Shown: positions 13,440-26,363, counted from the first letter of the stretch. The stretch: DNA of 64,000 bases from Octopus sinensis (GCF_006345805.1 NC_043001.1:107136001-107200000); one strand, 5' to 3'. The notes: generated by a model from the letters alone, not told the origin. Program-made: numbers and translations.

Positions 13440-15555
13440 TGTTCTATCCGTTTTCTTTAGGGGACCAAAAACGTAACAGAAATTTAGTCACATGTGGGCA
13501 TGATCCGAAAAGCTCTGTCCTTGTATTTAGACATGTGGGGGTCTAAGCTGCTTTTCCAGATAAGCCATCTCTCCATGTCGCATAAACCGCACCTTCCGCT
13601 GCCGTTAGTATAGGGCTTACATCTGGCCAAAATCTTCCATTGTATTTATAATCGACACCTTTATCTCTTAAAGACCAAATATGATTGGATAATTGTGTCG
13701 CTTTTCTTTTGTTCCAGTGCCTAAAGCTCAAAGTGTGGTTATTGAACCTGGCCTTGAAATTACCCTCTGTCAGGCCCACGTATTTCTTCGTCGAAACGGT
13801 GTCTTTAGTGGTTATAGAGTTTACGGTAGCTTCATATATGATGGTCTTGGACATGCAAGCTCCATTTAGCGGGCACAATTCTTTATTCCTGCATGAACAG
13901 CTGTTTCTTCTTGTGTTTTTTGTATGTTATGATTGATTTGTTTTTAAAATTGGTAGTTGAACTAAAACTAATTTTTAAATTGTGTCTATTAAAGAGTTTC
14001 CTATAAGCATGGTTAACTGGAAAATGTCTATCTATCAGTGCTAGGAAATATTTACCTATATTGAAGGCCACCTCGGGTGAGTAAGGGGGCGTAAACCAGA
14101 TGACCTTCCTATTTCTATTATTCCTTTTCCTTATTGTTGGGCTGGTGATAGGGTATATTTTATTTTTTCGCTAAAACCACTATCTTTTAAAGCTTTATTA
14201 TAAACTGGGCACGCTATTGAAGATGTCCTCATTAGATGAGAGGCTAGAAATCCTCTTACTAATATTTTTAACTAATTTTTGAATACTATAGGGGGATGGC
14301 ATGAACTACATTAATATAACTTAGTCTATCATTGGGCTTCCTATAAGGCTTATAAATATTATTATTAAGATCTAAGGAAACGTCTAAGAAATTGACAACC
14401 GTCAGGTTAGTGTCTATAGTTATACTAAGTCCGAAGTGTTTCATTAACTGGATAATATCCTTCCTAAAACGATCTTGTGCTGGTCCATTTGTATTAGCTG
14501 TTAAGGCGAGGGCATCATCTTTGTAGATGGCGAAATGTACGTTAGGGAATGTCTTACCGAAGGTATCTAGGAGAAAGAGTCCAATTAGATCACAGATGCC
14601 TGCCCCATCATATGAACCCATGCTCACATCGAAAGCGCCCTCCGTGTCGGTGTTTTTACCCACTTTGCATTCTCACTGAAAAGTAATGTCTTTCTAGCAT
14701 GGAAGATTATATCCTTATCATTGGTACTAATTTCTATGAAGTCACTAGCGAAGATTAGGGCTTTATCTAGCAGTTCTTTAGAGATAGAGGCATAAAAATC
14801 AACAATATCGAATTGTGTAAACCTCGCTTTTTTCTTATTCTTAATAGCTTTAAACCAGTCTACGACTTCTATACTATTGGACCATTGCACTAGCCTAGTA
14901 TCGGTCTTAATTTTCGTATTTATTTTATCTAAAATTTCTTTGCTAATAATCCCTAGTTCTGACTTGGCTGGGTTGATAAGCCTACATTTAGGGTTGGAAA
15001 GGAAGTTTTCTTTGTGGTCTTTAATAGTAATAAAGGCCTCTTTTGGGGGAGGGTTTCTATTTTTTATCTAATTTAAGTTTAGCGGCGATGACGCTAGCTT
15101 CTTTATTAATTTCGTTATATGTCTGTGCCCTAGCCTTAGTATAATTATTAATGATGCTGTTGTGTAAGAGTTGGTGTATTTGCTGTTATCTACCAGGTAT
15201 AAGTTCTTGGTTTTATCCGAAAAAAGTGCTTTTTTCTTGGAGCTTTTTATATGATCAATATCTTTTTTCAATTTATGTTGGAAATTGTTAAAAGACTTAC
15301 GAAACTTTATTTTGCTCATGATCTTCAGCAGGTCCGCTTCGAAATCTTCCAAGCCTTTAATCCTAGGAGGGAATTTTTTGGATTTTATCCGATAGCAAAT
15401 GTTTTCCTGGTGTTCGCTTCTGTGTCAAAAAAGAAAGCCTTCCATCTCATACGCTTAATTACATCAGTAATTTTTTGCAGAAGTTTCTTAGAGTAAAAAT
15501 CCTTTGATGGGATCGGTATATTTTTCATAGAATAATCTATGTGATATGCGTCCAT
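13440..15555 (-). pseudogene. PLE polyprotein (RT + GIY-YIG endonuclease), several 1-bp frameshifts
   Basis: MDAYHIDYSMKNIPIPSK...RMRWKAFFF N-terminus; FTQFDIVDFY, SMGSYDGAGICDL, AIYKDD RT motifs; CSCRNKELCPLNGAC, IIYEATV..KKYVGLTEGNFKARF, RCGLC. Confidence 0.92.
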
Positions 15556-16066
15556 ATTAGATTCTTTTGTTTGTGAGAGTCCTCAACCGATGTTAGGCGA
15601 TAATCCCAAAAAGGTCGTATTAGCTCTTAGTTGAGAATAACGTCGTCCGGGAGGTGATTTATTGATAAAACGGTAAGATAACAAAAGAAAGAAAGAGACC
15701 TCAATATTATGTAAATAGAGGAAATTTATCTATACAATATGTTACATTACTCGGTAGTCAAGATAAAACTCTGAGTTTCAGATGCCGAAGTGGAAATCCA
15801 CAACACCATCTCTTCGGTTATCTGGCTATTTGAAAACGTTATGAAAAAATACCGTTAAAAATGAAGGGAAATTACTCTGTTATAACTCTGCTTTGCCTGC
15901 GTACTTATACATCGCTCGCATTTTTCGTCATAAAAATTATATAAAAATACATAAAAATATATAAAAATATATAAAAATATATAAAATCTTCTTGGGACAT
16001 AACACAGAAAGCATGTTCTATCCGTTTTCTTTAGGGGACCAAAAACGTAACAGAAATTTAGTCACG

Positions 16067-17342
16067 ATATAATCTTCCATGCTAGAAAGACATTACTTTT
16101 CAGTGAGAATGCAAAGTGGGTAAAAAACACCGACACGGAGGGCGCTTTCGATGTGAGCATGGGTTCATATGATGGGGCAGGCATCTGTGATCTAATTGGA
16201 CTCTTTCTCCTAGATACCTTCGGTAAGACATTCCCTAACGTACATTTCGCCATCTACAAAGATGATGCCCTCGCCTTAACAGCTAATACAAATGGACCAG
16301 CACAAGATCGTTTTAGGAAGGATATTATCCAGTTAATGAAACACTTCGGACTTAGTATAACTATAGACACTAACCTGACGGTTGTCAATTTCTTAGACGT
16401 TTCCTTAGATCTTAATAATAATATTTATAAGCCTTATAGGAAGCCCAATGATAGACTAAGTTATATTAATGTAGGTTCATGCCATCCCCCTATAGTATTC
16501 AAAAATTTAGTTAAAAATATTAGTAAGAGGATTTCTAGCCTCTCATCTAATGAGGACATCTTCAATAGCGTTGCCCCAGTTTATAATAAAGCTTTAAAAG
16601 ATAGTGGTTTAGCGAAAAAATAAAATATACACCTATCACCAGCCCAACAATAAGGAAAAGGAATAATAGAAATAGGAAGGTCATCTGGTTTACGCCCCCT
16701 TACTCACCCGAGGTGGCCTTCAATATAGGTAAATATTCCTAGCACTGATAGATAGACATTTTCCAGTTAACCATGCTTATAGGAAACTCTTTAATAGACA
16801 CAATTAAAAATTAGTTTTAGTTCAACTACCAATTTTAAAAACATAATCAATCATAACATACAAAAAACACAAGAAGAAAACAGCTGTTCATGCAGGAATA
16901 AAGAATTGTGCCCGCTAAATGGAGCTTGCATGTCCAAGACCATCATATATGAAGCTACCGTAAACTCTATAACCACTAAAGACACCGTTTCGACGAAGAA
17001 ATACGTGGGCCTGACAGAGGGTAATTTCAAGGCCAGGTTCAATAACCACACTTTGAGCTTTAGGCACTGGAACAAAAGAAAAGCGACACAATTATCCAAT
17101 CATATTTGGTCTTTAAGAGATAAAGTGTCGATTATAACATACAATGGAAGATTTTGGCCAGATGTAAGCCCTATACTAACGGCAGCGGAAGGTGCGGTTT
17201 ATGCGACATGGAGAGATGGCTTATCTGGAAAAGCAGCTTAGACCCTACCACATGTCTAAATACAAGGACAGAGCTTTTCGGATCATGCCCACATGTGACT
17301 AAATTTCTGTTACGTTTTTGGTCCCCTAAAGAAAACGGATAG
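16067..17342 (+). pseudogene. Inverted 5'-truncated PLE RT/GIY-YIG copy
   Basis: ORFs 16153-16623, 16906-17241 and 17154-17342 match the minus-strand copy. Confidence 0.92.
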
Positions 17343-17534
17343 AACATGCTTTCTGTGTATGTCCCAAGAAGATTTTATATATTTTTATATATTTTTATAT
17401 ATTTTTATGTATTTTTATATAATTTTATGACGAAAAATGCGAGCGATGTATAAGTACGCAGGCAAAGCAGAGTTATAACAGAGTAATTTCCCTTCATTTT
17501 TAACGGTATTTTTTCATAACGTTTTCAAATAGCC

Positions 17535-17597
17535 AGATAACCGAAGAGATGGTGTTGTGGATTTCCACTTCGGCATCTGAAACTCAGAGTTTTATCT
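17535..17597 (+). ncRNA. Hammerhead-like motif in PLE pseudo-LTR with CCGAAGA core (copies on - at 13185-13247 and 15761-15823)
   Basis: AGATAA CCGAAGA GATG...CATC T GAA ACTC A GAGT T TTATCT: 6-bp stem I, palindromic stem III. Confidence 0.65.
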
Positions 17598-17693
17598 TGA
17601 CTACCGAGTAATGTAACATATTGTATAGATAAATTTCCTCTATTTACATAATATTGAGGTCTCTTTCTTTCTTTTGTTATCTTACCGTTTTAT

Positions 17694-17728
<35 letters not shown>

Positions 17729-18094
17729 ATCCAAACATGAACAAAGAGAAAACACAACAACGCGAGGACGTGGGACAAGTACAGTGTTATTGGACGCTCA
17801 GAAAAGGAGAGAAAGAAGGAGGATTTAAAGTTTCGAGCGGGGCTCTTCGTTAGAAACATAGAAAAAGGAAAGATCCAAGGAAGGGAAGACGGACGAAAAA
17901 AATCTCCATCGATACACACGCGGTCACATTTTGAATGACCGGTGAAAGCTAGATATTCTCGGTATAGGAAATACTTTAGTAGAGCTCAAATGAATTCTTC
18001 AGTCGGGACCAGGTCCTCTGCGTCAAGAGTGGCCATAAGATCAAATGAAGGTAACTCGATATTGAGATAGTGATGCTGGTAAACACAATTAGGC

Positions 18095-18125
<31 letters not shown>

Positions 18126-18403
18126 TCTCTCTCTCACACACACGCGCGCTCGCGCACGACCCCACCACACATCTTTTATTTGCTCAGGCCAAATTGCTCA
18201 GTCGTTAAAGGGAAACATGAATTTATAATTTCACTTCGATAAATACAACATGTAACGATTGTGAACAGGTGTGACCAGGTGTGCAGTGTCTGTAATAAAT
18301 ATATTTTGTTTATGGATGAAGTGACAGCTAAATGTATAGGCTGACCTCATAAGTTCAAGGTGCATACAGACATACAAACAAGCACTTCACACATGCACAC
18401 AAA

Positions 18404-18445
<42 letters not shown>

Positions 18446-18773
18446 CACACACACGCATACTCAGAGTATCTTTTGTACGACTGCTACTGTTGAGTTTTGT
18501 TCTAACCTAAATTGTCCCCATCTAATCTGCTTCCAGTGTAGTATGTGGTTTTACTAGCGCTATATTCCGTAGCTTTACTGCGTTTGATATACAGAGCAAT
18601 GGTAGAAGAAAATATGATCAGCATAATTTTATATAATTTGTTTTCCAAGAGACCGATACTAGGTTTACAAAGAATAAGTCCTAGGACCGATTTGTTCGAC
18701 TAAAGTCTGTGCTCCAGCATGTGTCCGCAGTCAAATGACTGAAACAAGTATAAAAATATAAATATGTTAAACA

Positions 18774-18825
<52 letters not shown>

Positions 18826-18852
18826 CATATTAGAATATTAGAATATGTTATT

Positions 18853-18883
<31 letters not shown>

Positions 18884-19853
18884 GGTACTGTAAGTTTAGC
18901 GGGAATACTTGATAAGTGTAAGCACCTATGCCAGATAGTGGCAGAGGTGAGAGAATATATCAAACATAAATTGAAAACAGAACACAAAGGATATCGCAGT
19001 ACACGTGTTTCAAGCTTTATAAACAATCTGTTAATGCATCAGCATAGGTATATCATTGATATAAAAGATGGTTTAAAGCTCTCTTCAGCCGCAAACACTG
19101 TTAGTCCAAAAATTACATCACAAAATAATAAGTACTCGTAGTATTACCCATTATTATAGGTTTATCATATCCCTTTGAAAAGGTATATTTGCATAAAGGT
19201 TCGTTAGATTTCAAAAATCTGCCCATACTGTACCACCATTCAGCATAGAGTGAATGTTAAATAGATTGGATTGAGTTTATATTTAATTACCGTGTATAAG
19301 ATAGAAAGAAAAAATAAAAGTGTTCGTATGTGTAGTCATGATTGATGTTTTTGGAGACTGTAACTTGATCGGCGTTTGACAGTTATTAATAACAATGAAC
19401 ATATTGTTTTATGTAGCAAGGTCGATCAGTACATTAGCTGTCAAAGAATTGAATTTCCTAGCCTAAATGATTTGCATGGAAATGCAAACATTTGTGATTT
19501 TGCTTTCCTTTAGCACGTGTACCTTCGTGTGAAACGATTTATTCTATTCTAAACTTTCCCAGGAAGTTACATGGTTCTTTTCTTTCTTAGTCAACATATT
19601 CACAGGAATTATTATTCTCCTTTATTTAGTAATAATCCAGAGTTTGATTACAAGCTTAAATTTTTTGTTTGATTATTGTTCAAATCTTCATTAAATAGAC
19701 TTATTTTTGCTTTTAAAGAGATGGTGTGTGGGTGTGTGTGAAAAAAGAAAATACGTACAATATTTATTTTAATCCAAAAAATTAAAAGTTAGCCTCATTT
19801 TTGATATTTTTAGTGTCATTAATCATAATACTACATTTCTCATAACTATGATA

Positions 19854-21122
19854 TTAGGTTGTTCCGAAAATAATGGCCGACTTCAGAAACATAGTTTTAT
19901 TCTGGAAAAATTAACAATAGAAATATTTTGATTTGTCAAATTATGACCCGTGAACAGCTATGCATCTCTCTCATCGATCAACGAGTTTATTTATGCTTCG
20001 TTGGCTTTGATGCTAAGAAATCTTTGAAAGCTGATTCCACCTCTGGTTTGGACCTGAAAGTTTTATCACTTAAAAACGTGTTTAAATGCTTTAAAAAACG
20101 GTAGACAGTGGGTGAAAGATCGGGAGAATATGGAGGATGTGGTTTCGTCTCGTATTTCAAGTCTGTAAGTTTCTGTAGCGTCATTCTTGCAACATGTTGC
20201 TTTGCATTATCATGGAGCAGAATTGGGCCACACCGATTCACCAATGCAGGTCTCATTTTTTGCAAGTGAGCATGCATTTTAGCGAGTTGATTGCAGTAAA
20301 CCTCTGCTGTAATGCTCTGATTGGCCTCCAGAGAGCTGTAATGGACACCACCAATTGCAGACCACCAGACTGTCACCGTAATCTTTTGCTGATGCAACTT
20401 TGGCTTTGGGAAATGTTTGGGGGACTCATCACGATCAAGCCATTGACCCGATCGTTTACGGTTATAATAACGGATCCACTTTTCGTCACTAGTGACTATT
20501 CGGTTAAGAAAGGGATCATTGGTGTTTCGCAGAAAGAGCATCTTCAAGAAAGAGCACACTTCAAAACGCCGAACTTTTTGATTTTCATTGAGCTCTTGCG
20601 TACTCCATTTATCGAGCTTTTTCACCCTACTAATCTTCTGCAGATTGCGTGAGACCAGTGTAATACCGAAATGAAGTGCATGAGTAATTTCTCTGACACT
20701 CTAACGTGGGTTTCGTTCAACAATTGCTTTCAACTGTTCATTGTTAAGACTGCACGACCGTCCTCTACCTTCATCTTCAAGGCTCTCACCATCACTACGG
20801 AATTTTTTAAACCACCTTCGTACTGTCTGATCCCTTGTGGACCCCTCACCCCATGCTCTGTTGATATTGGTAGCGGTTTGGGAGGCATTGTGCCCAAGCT
20901 TGAACTCATGCGAGAAAAGTAAACGAAGGTCCTTTTTTGTCATGTTCATAATTAAGGACACCTCTTCAAGAATGTTTTCGAAATAAGTAGAAAATTATTA
21001 AAACGCATACATCAATTATTAACTATGTCGAAACTCCCCTAAAATATAATTAAAATACTATGATAAAATTATGTTTTAAAACATAACACTTAGAGCGGCC
21101 ATTATTTTCAGAACAACCTTTA
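19854..21122 (-). mobile_element. Mariner (Tc1/mariner DD34D) transposon, full length, inactive
   Basis: ~28-bp TIRs ttaggttgttccgaaaataatggccg / cggccattattttcagaacaaccttta; TA flanks; ~1.27 kb. Confidence 0.92.
19987..20961 (-). pseudogene. Mariner transposase (frameshifted, third catalytic Asp lost)
   Basis: HTH N-terminus (TVRRWFKKFR), VTSDEKW, LLHDNAKQH, PPYSPDLSPTVY; WVPHEL reads WSTQEL. Confidence 0.9.
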
Positions 21123-21453
21123 TAGTACTTTTATAGTAAAGTTTTGTTATGGTGAGAATCATGGCACCACATGTGAAAATGGATTAGCTAAGCTCGTATA
21201 AACAGCAGCATGTTTGACTGATAGCGAGTGATGAGAAATTGCTGGAAGTCGAAAGGTGGCGTTCGTGACTTCGCAGAGAGTTTAAAGGTGTCGTTCGTGA
21301 ATTCGTGGAATCGCTGGAAATTATTGTGAAGTTGTTTTATTTCGTTGAGAGTTGTTTTGGATTGGTTACATTTGTTGGCAGAGTACTTAGCAATATATAA
21401 AGTGGAGACATTTGGAATCTTCCACGTTCCGTGATACTATATACCACACTGTA

Positions 21454-21840
21454 GTGGAGGCGCAATGGCCCAGTGGTTAGGGCAGCGGGCTCGCGGGTTC
21501 GTAAGATCGCGGTTTCGATTCCCAGACCGGGCGTTGTGAGTGTTTATTGAGCGAAAACACCTAAAGCTCCACGAGGCTCCGGCAGGGATGGTGGTGATCC
21601 CTGCTGTACTCTTTCACCCCAACTTTCTCTTACTCTTACTTCCTGTTTCTGTTGTACCTGTATTTCAAAGGGCCGGCCTTGTCACTCTCTGTGTCACGCT
21701 GAATATCCCCGAGAGCTACGTTAAGGGTACACGTGTCTGTGGAGTGCTCAGCCACTTACACGTTAATTTCACGAGCAGGCTGTTCCGTTGATCGGATCAA
21801 CCGGAACCCTCGTCGTCGTAACCGACGGAGTGCTTCCATC
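21454..21840 (+). mobile_element. tRNA(Arg-like) SINE with alternative 3' module and 10-bp TSD
   Basis: TSD ataccacact at 21441-21450 and 21842-21851; 3' module shared with 22220-22390. Confidence 0.9.
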
Positions 21841-22099
21841 CATACCACACTATTAGTGTACGGCACTGAGATGACATATACAGAAGCCACGTTACAAAAC
21901 TTTTAATGTTTTTGATAAAAACAGATGAAGTGAGTATTGTACGTGTTTTCTTTTTCCATAACTGTATAATTACTTTTGTACCCCCGTATAAATAAGTCAA
22001 GCATTTTTTTACTAGGTATAATGGGTAGTAAAATGACACGACTGGTTTCGATGCTATGGAAGTATGCATGTATATCATCTATCATGAATACGTGTAGAT

Positions 22100-22390
22100 T
22101 TTTGGTTAGGATATTGGATTCCCAATCGTATGATTGTGAGTTCGATTTCCGGCAGCTTGTTGTTTCCTTAAGCAAGACACTTTATTTCACATTGCTCCAG
22201 TCCAACTGTTGGTAAAAATGAGTTGTACCTGTATTTCAAAGGGACATCCTTGTCACTTTTTGCGTCATGCTAAATCTTCCTGAAAACTACGTTAAGCGTG
22301 CGCATGTCTGTGGACTTGTACGTTAATTTTACGACGTGGCTGTTCCATTGATCGGCTCAGCTGGAACACCCCTCGTCTTAACCGACAGTG
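22100..22390 (+). mobile_element. Older SINE with a different head but the same 3' module as 21454-21840
   Basis: gttgtacctgtatttcaaaggg...ctacgttaag...ttgatcgg...taaccgac shared. Confidence 0.7.
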
Positions 22391-22599
22391 TGATAATTTT
22401 ATTTTATCTATCAAATGTTATTAGTTGAATTCTTTGTATGCAGAAGGAAATGGTTTCTAATAAAGAAATAAATCTGTCGATAAGATTTGGATAAGAACAA
22501 AGAGGATATGCTACACATTGAACTCAAAGAGGGCCATGCACACTGTGTTTACAAAGTGCACATTGGTCTCAAATTTTTACCACAAGGCCAGTAATTTCG

Positions 22600-22780
22600 C
22601 GTGTGGGGATAAGTCGACCACATTGACCCCCCCCCCCCAATGATCAACTGGTACTAATTTTATCGATCCCAAAAGGATGAAAAACAAAGCCGATCTCGGC
22701 TGAATTTGAACTCAAGACGGACGAAATGCCGCTAAGCATTTTGTCCGGCGTGCTGATGATTTTGCCAGCTCGCCGCCTTT
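22600..22780 (-). mobile_element. MetaSINE-like SINE
   Basis: Same head and body as the 24742-24973 unit. Confidence 0.75.
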
Positions 22781-22954
22781 GCGTTCACAAAATGCGTATT
22801 AGCTGTTCATTTAATTCTCCACCATGTTTTCGAGACTGATGCTTGGACACCCATTCAACATAACCAAGTTCACCAATGATTAAGAACAGGTTGGACCAAG
22901 TTTAGCAATAGAGTAGATAGGTTTCAAAGTCATTATCTATAAGAAGATTCCATC

Positions 22955-23427
22955 GCAACCACTTGGTTTCGGGTTCAGTCCTACTGTGTGGCACCTTAGG
23001 CATGTGGCTTCTACTATACCCTCAGGCCGACCAAAGCCTTGTGAGTGCAATTAGTTGACGGAAACTGAAACAATAAAGTATATATTCTCTTTTACCTGTT
23101 TCAGTCAGTTGACTGTGGCCATGCTGGAACACCGCCTTTAGTCGAGCAATTCGACCCCCAGGACTTATTCTTTGGAAGCCTAGTACTTATTCTATCGGTC
23201 TCTTTTGCCGAACCGCTAAGTTAAGGGGACGTAAGCACACCAGCATCGGTTGTCAAGCGATGTTGGGGAGACAAACACAGACACACAAACATACACATAC
23301 ACACACACATACACACACATATATATATATACATATATACGACACGCTTCTTTCAGTTTCCGTCTACCAAATCCACTCACAAGGCTTTGGTCGGCCCGAG
23401 GCTATAATAGAAGACACTTGCCCAAGT
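22955..23427. mobile_element. Two tRNA-SINE pieces in opposite orientation (+ 5' half 22955-23070; - copy 23087-23427)
   Basis: Homology to 8624-9040. Confidence 0.8.
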
Positions 23428-23490
23428 ATATATACGTTATTGATGAATATATATATATTTTATTGAAAAGCAGCAAAAATATCACAAAAA

Positions 23491-23531
23491 CTGTTACTCA
23501 GAGTTTCACGTTCCCGTTCGTCGGACTATTT
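23491..23531 (-). ncRNA. Minimal hammerhead motif, CCGACGA core
   Basis: TAGT CCGACGA ACG GGAA CGT GAA ACTC T GAGT A ACAG. Confidence 0.55.
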
Positions 23532-23833
23532 TGTTTAGAATGGAACAGAAACAAGGTTATAAGTAAACATATACAATTAGTTTAAGGGATAAACATTTGA
23601 AAATGGTTTTGTTTCATTGGTCCTTTTACCGAACCGCTGAGTTACGAGGACGTAAACACACCAACACTGGTTGTCAAGCGCTGGTGGGAGACAAACACTT
23701 ACATAAAGACACACGCATATAAACACACGCATACACGCGCACACACACACACACACACACACGCACACAAACACACACACACACACACACGCATGCAAAC
23801 ACACACACACACACGCGTACACACACACACACG

Positions 23834-23864
<31 letters not shown>

Positions 23865-24190
23865 GTATTCAGTCAACGGAATTAATTGTATGTGTGTATG
23901 AGTGTGTGAATGCTTACAACTTTCAAAAGAATCTGACCGAGACTGGCGGACGCACACGCACCCCCCCCTCATACACGCATAATATATACAACAGGGACTC
24001 GCACAGCTTTCGTCATTCGTTAACCGGAAGCTTTATATAGAAAACACTTGCTCAAGATATCACGCAATGGATTCGAACACGCGATCACGTGTTAGTGAAA
24101 CTTAGTTATTAACCACAAAGCTATACGTAATTTTTTGCATTTTCTTTTTCTTTTTACAAAGTGATTAACCTATGGTTGTTTAATTTATAT

Positions 24191-24973
24191 ATTTCTTTAC
24201 TACCCACAAGGGGCTAAACAGAGAGAGGACAAACAAGGACAGACAAACGGGTTAAGTCGATTATATCGACCACAGTGCGTAACTGGTACTTAATTTATCG
24301 ACCCCAAAAGGATGAAAGGAAAAGTCAACCTCGGCGGAATTTGAACTCAGAACGTAACGACAGACGAAATGCCTATTTCTTTACTACCCACAAGGGGATA
24401 AACACAGAGAGGACCAACAAGGACAGACAAACGGGTTAAGTCGATTATATCGACCACAGTGCGTAACTGGTACTTAATTTATCGACCCCAAAAGGATGAA
24501 AGGCAAAGTCAACCTCGGCGGAATTTGAACTCAGAACGTAACGACAGACGAAATGCCTATTTCTTTACTACCCACAAGGGGCTAAACACAGAGAGGACAA
24601 ACAAGGACAGACAAACGGATTAAGTCGATTATATCTATCCCAGTGCGTAATTGGTACTTATTTAATCGACCCCGAAAGGATGAAAGGCAAAGTCGACCTC
24701 GGCGGAATTTGAACTCAGAACGTAACGACAGACGAAATGCCTATTTCTTTACTACCCACAAGGGGCTAAACACAGAGAGGACAAACAAGGACAGACAAAC
24801 GGATTAAGTCGATTATATCTATCCCAGTGCGTAATTGGTACTTATTTAATCGACCCCAAAGGGATGAAAGGCAAAGTCGACCTCGGCGGAATTTGAACTC
24901 AGAACGTAACGGCAGACGAAATACCGCTAAGCATTTCGTCCGGCGTGCTAACGTTTCTGCCAGCTCGCCGCCT
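24191..24973 (-). mobile_element. Tetrameric MetaSINE-like SINE (184-bp period) with 20-bp TSD
   Basis: Units start at 24191, 24374, 24558, 24742; TSD tatggttgtttaatttatat at 24171-24190 and 24974-24993. Confidence 0.92.
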
Positions 24974-25317
24974 TATGGTTGTTTAATTTATATCAGAGGG
25001 CTGGCTGTGCATTGTTTTGTAAAAGAAATATTAGCTCATGCCGTTCAGAATAAACATGTGGTGAGTTGCATTTCCTTTTTCTCGATTTAAACCCAAAACA
25101 AAAGAAAGCTTAACGTGAGAAACAAAGACAACATCTCTACTTTGATCGTAAAGAGCATTTTCACTCGTTTCCATGTTAACGAACAAATGGAGAAAATATA
25201 TGCAAACACTCGTTAATTCCATCCAATAAATCAATAAACATTTTGAAGAAGGTATTGATGTCCTGCACAACCAATATTCTGCTCTGTTAATCACAAAACA
25301 ATTTATACACTTGTATA

Positions 25318-25440
25318 CAGTGGAAGCTCGGTTTACGAATTTCACTCATTCCGAAAGGCCGTTCTTTATCGAAAGTGTTCGTAAACCGAAGCTGTCTTTC
25401 TCATATGAAATTCATGAGAAGGCACGGCGAATTCGAGTAG
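25318..25440 (+). mobile_element. Tigger/pogo-like terminal fragment
   Basis: ta|cagtggaagctcggtttacgaa with an inverted subterminal copy ttcgtaaaccgaagc; no partner end seen. Confidence 0.4.
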
Positions 25441-25773
25441 ACACGAATGCTAAGCGAAAACAAGAAAACAACTGATCCCCGAAGGCTGATGGTCGAAGCC
25501 AGTGGCCCAGGGTTATTCCCCGCCTCCGTCTTCATCTATATACATGCATACATTCATACATACATACATACATGCACGCATGCACGCATGCACACACACA
25601 CACACACGCATTCGAACATATATGGTTGTGTGGTAAGAAGCTTTTTACCCAACCGCATGTTCCGGTTTCAGTTCCACTGCGTGGCACCTTGGACAAGTGC
25701 CACGGGATGACCAAAGCATTGTGAGTGTATTTCGTTGACGGAAACCGAATGAAGCCCGTCGTATGTATGCATG

Positions 25774-25840
<67 letters not shown>

Positions 25841-25856
25841 TATATATGTATGTGTG

Positions 25857-25925
<69 letters not shown>

Positions 25926-25943
25926 CTCTCTTCTCTCTCTCTA

Positions 25944-25974
<31 letters not shown>

Positions 25975-25981
25975 CATATAT

Positions 25982-26363
25982 ACTCTTTTTACTCTTTTAC
26001 TTGTTTCAGTCATTTGACTGCGGCCATGCTGGAGCACCGCCTTTAGTCGAGCAAATCGACCCCGAGACTTATTCTTTGTAAGCCCAGTACTTATTCTATC
26101 GGTCTCTTTTTGCCGAACCGCTAAGTGACAGGGACGTAAACACACCAGCATCGGTTGTCAAGCAATGCTAGGGGGACAAACACAGGCACACAAACACACA
26201 CACACATATATATACATATATACGACAGGCTTCTTCAGTTTCCGTCTACCAAATCCACTCACAAGGCATTGGTCGGCCCGGGGCTATAGCAGAAGACACT
26301 TGCCCAAGATGCCACGCAGTGGGACTGAACTCGGAACCATGTGGTTGGTTAGCAGGCTACTTA

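Larger units (their letters stand above)
13157..17698. mobile_element. Penelope-like element: full-length copy (-) with tandem pseudo-LTR plus inverted 5'-truncated copy (+), inserted in (TA)n
   Basis: 13157-13500 repeated at ~15730-16066; 16067-17698 is the reverse complement of ~14713 down to the 3' end; (TA)n on both flanks. Confidence 0.95.
11764..18652. repeat. ~1.14-kb tandem duplication (11764-12900; 12901-13156 + 17699-18652), second unit split by the PLE
   Basis: 11981-12900 is near-identical to 17723-18652; 11764-11880 matches 12901-13015; unit boundaries lie in SINE tails (ccgatagaatgagtactagg). Confidence 0.9.

Noticed and set aside
18880-19141. Non-repetitive open frame (SLAGILDKCKHLC...)
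   Set aside because: No motif I can recognise; would need BLASTX or RNA-seq
24191-24973. CRISPR-like or satellite array
   Set aside because: Units are whole SINE bodies with no unique spacers
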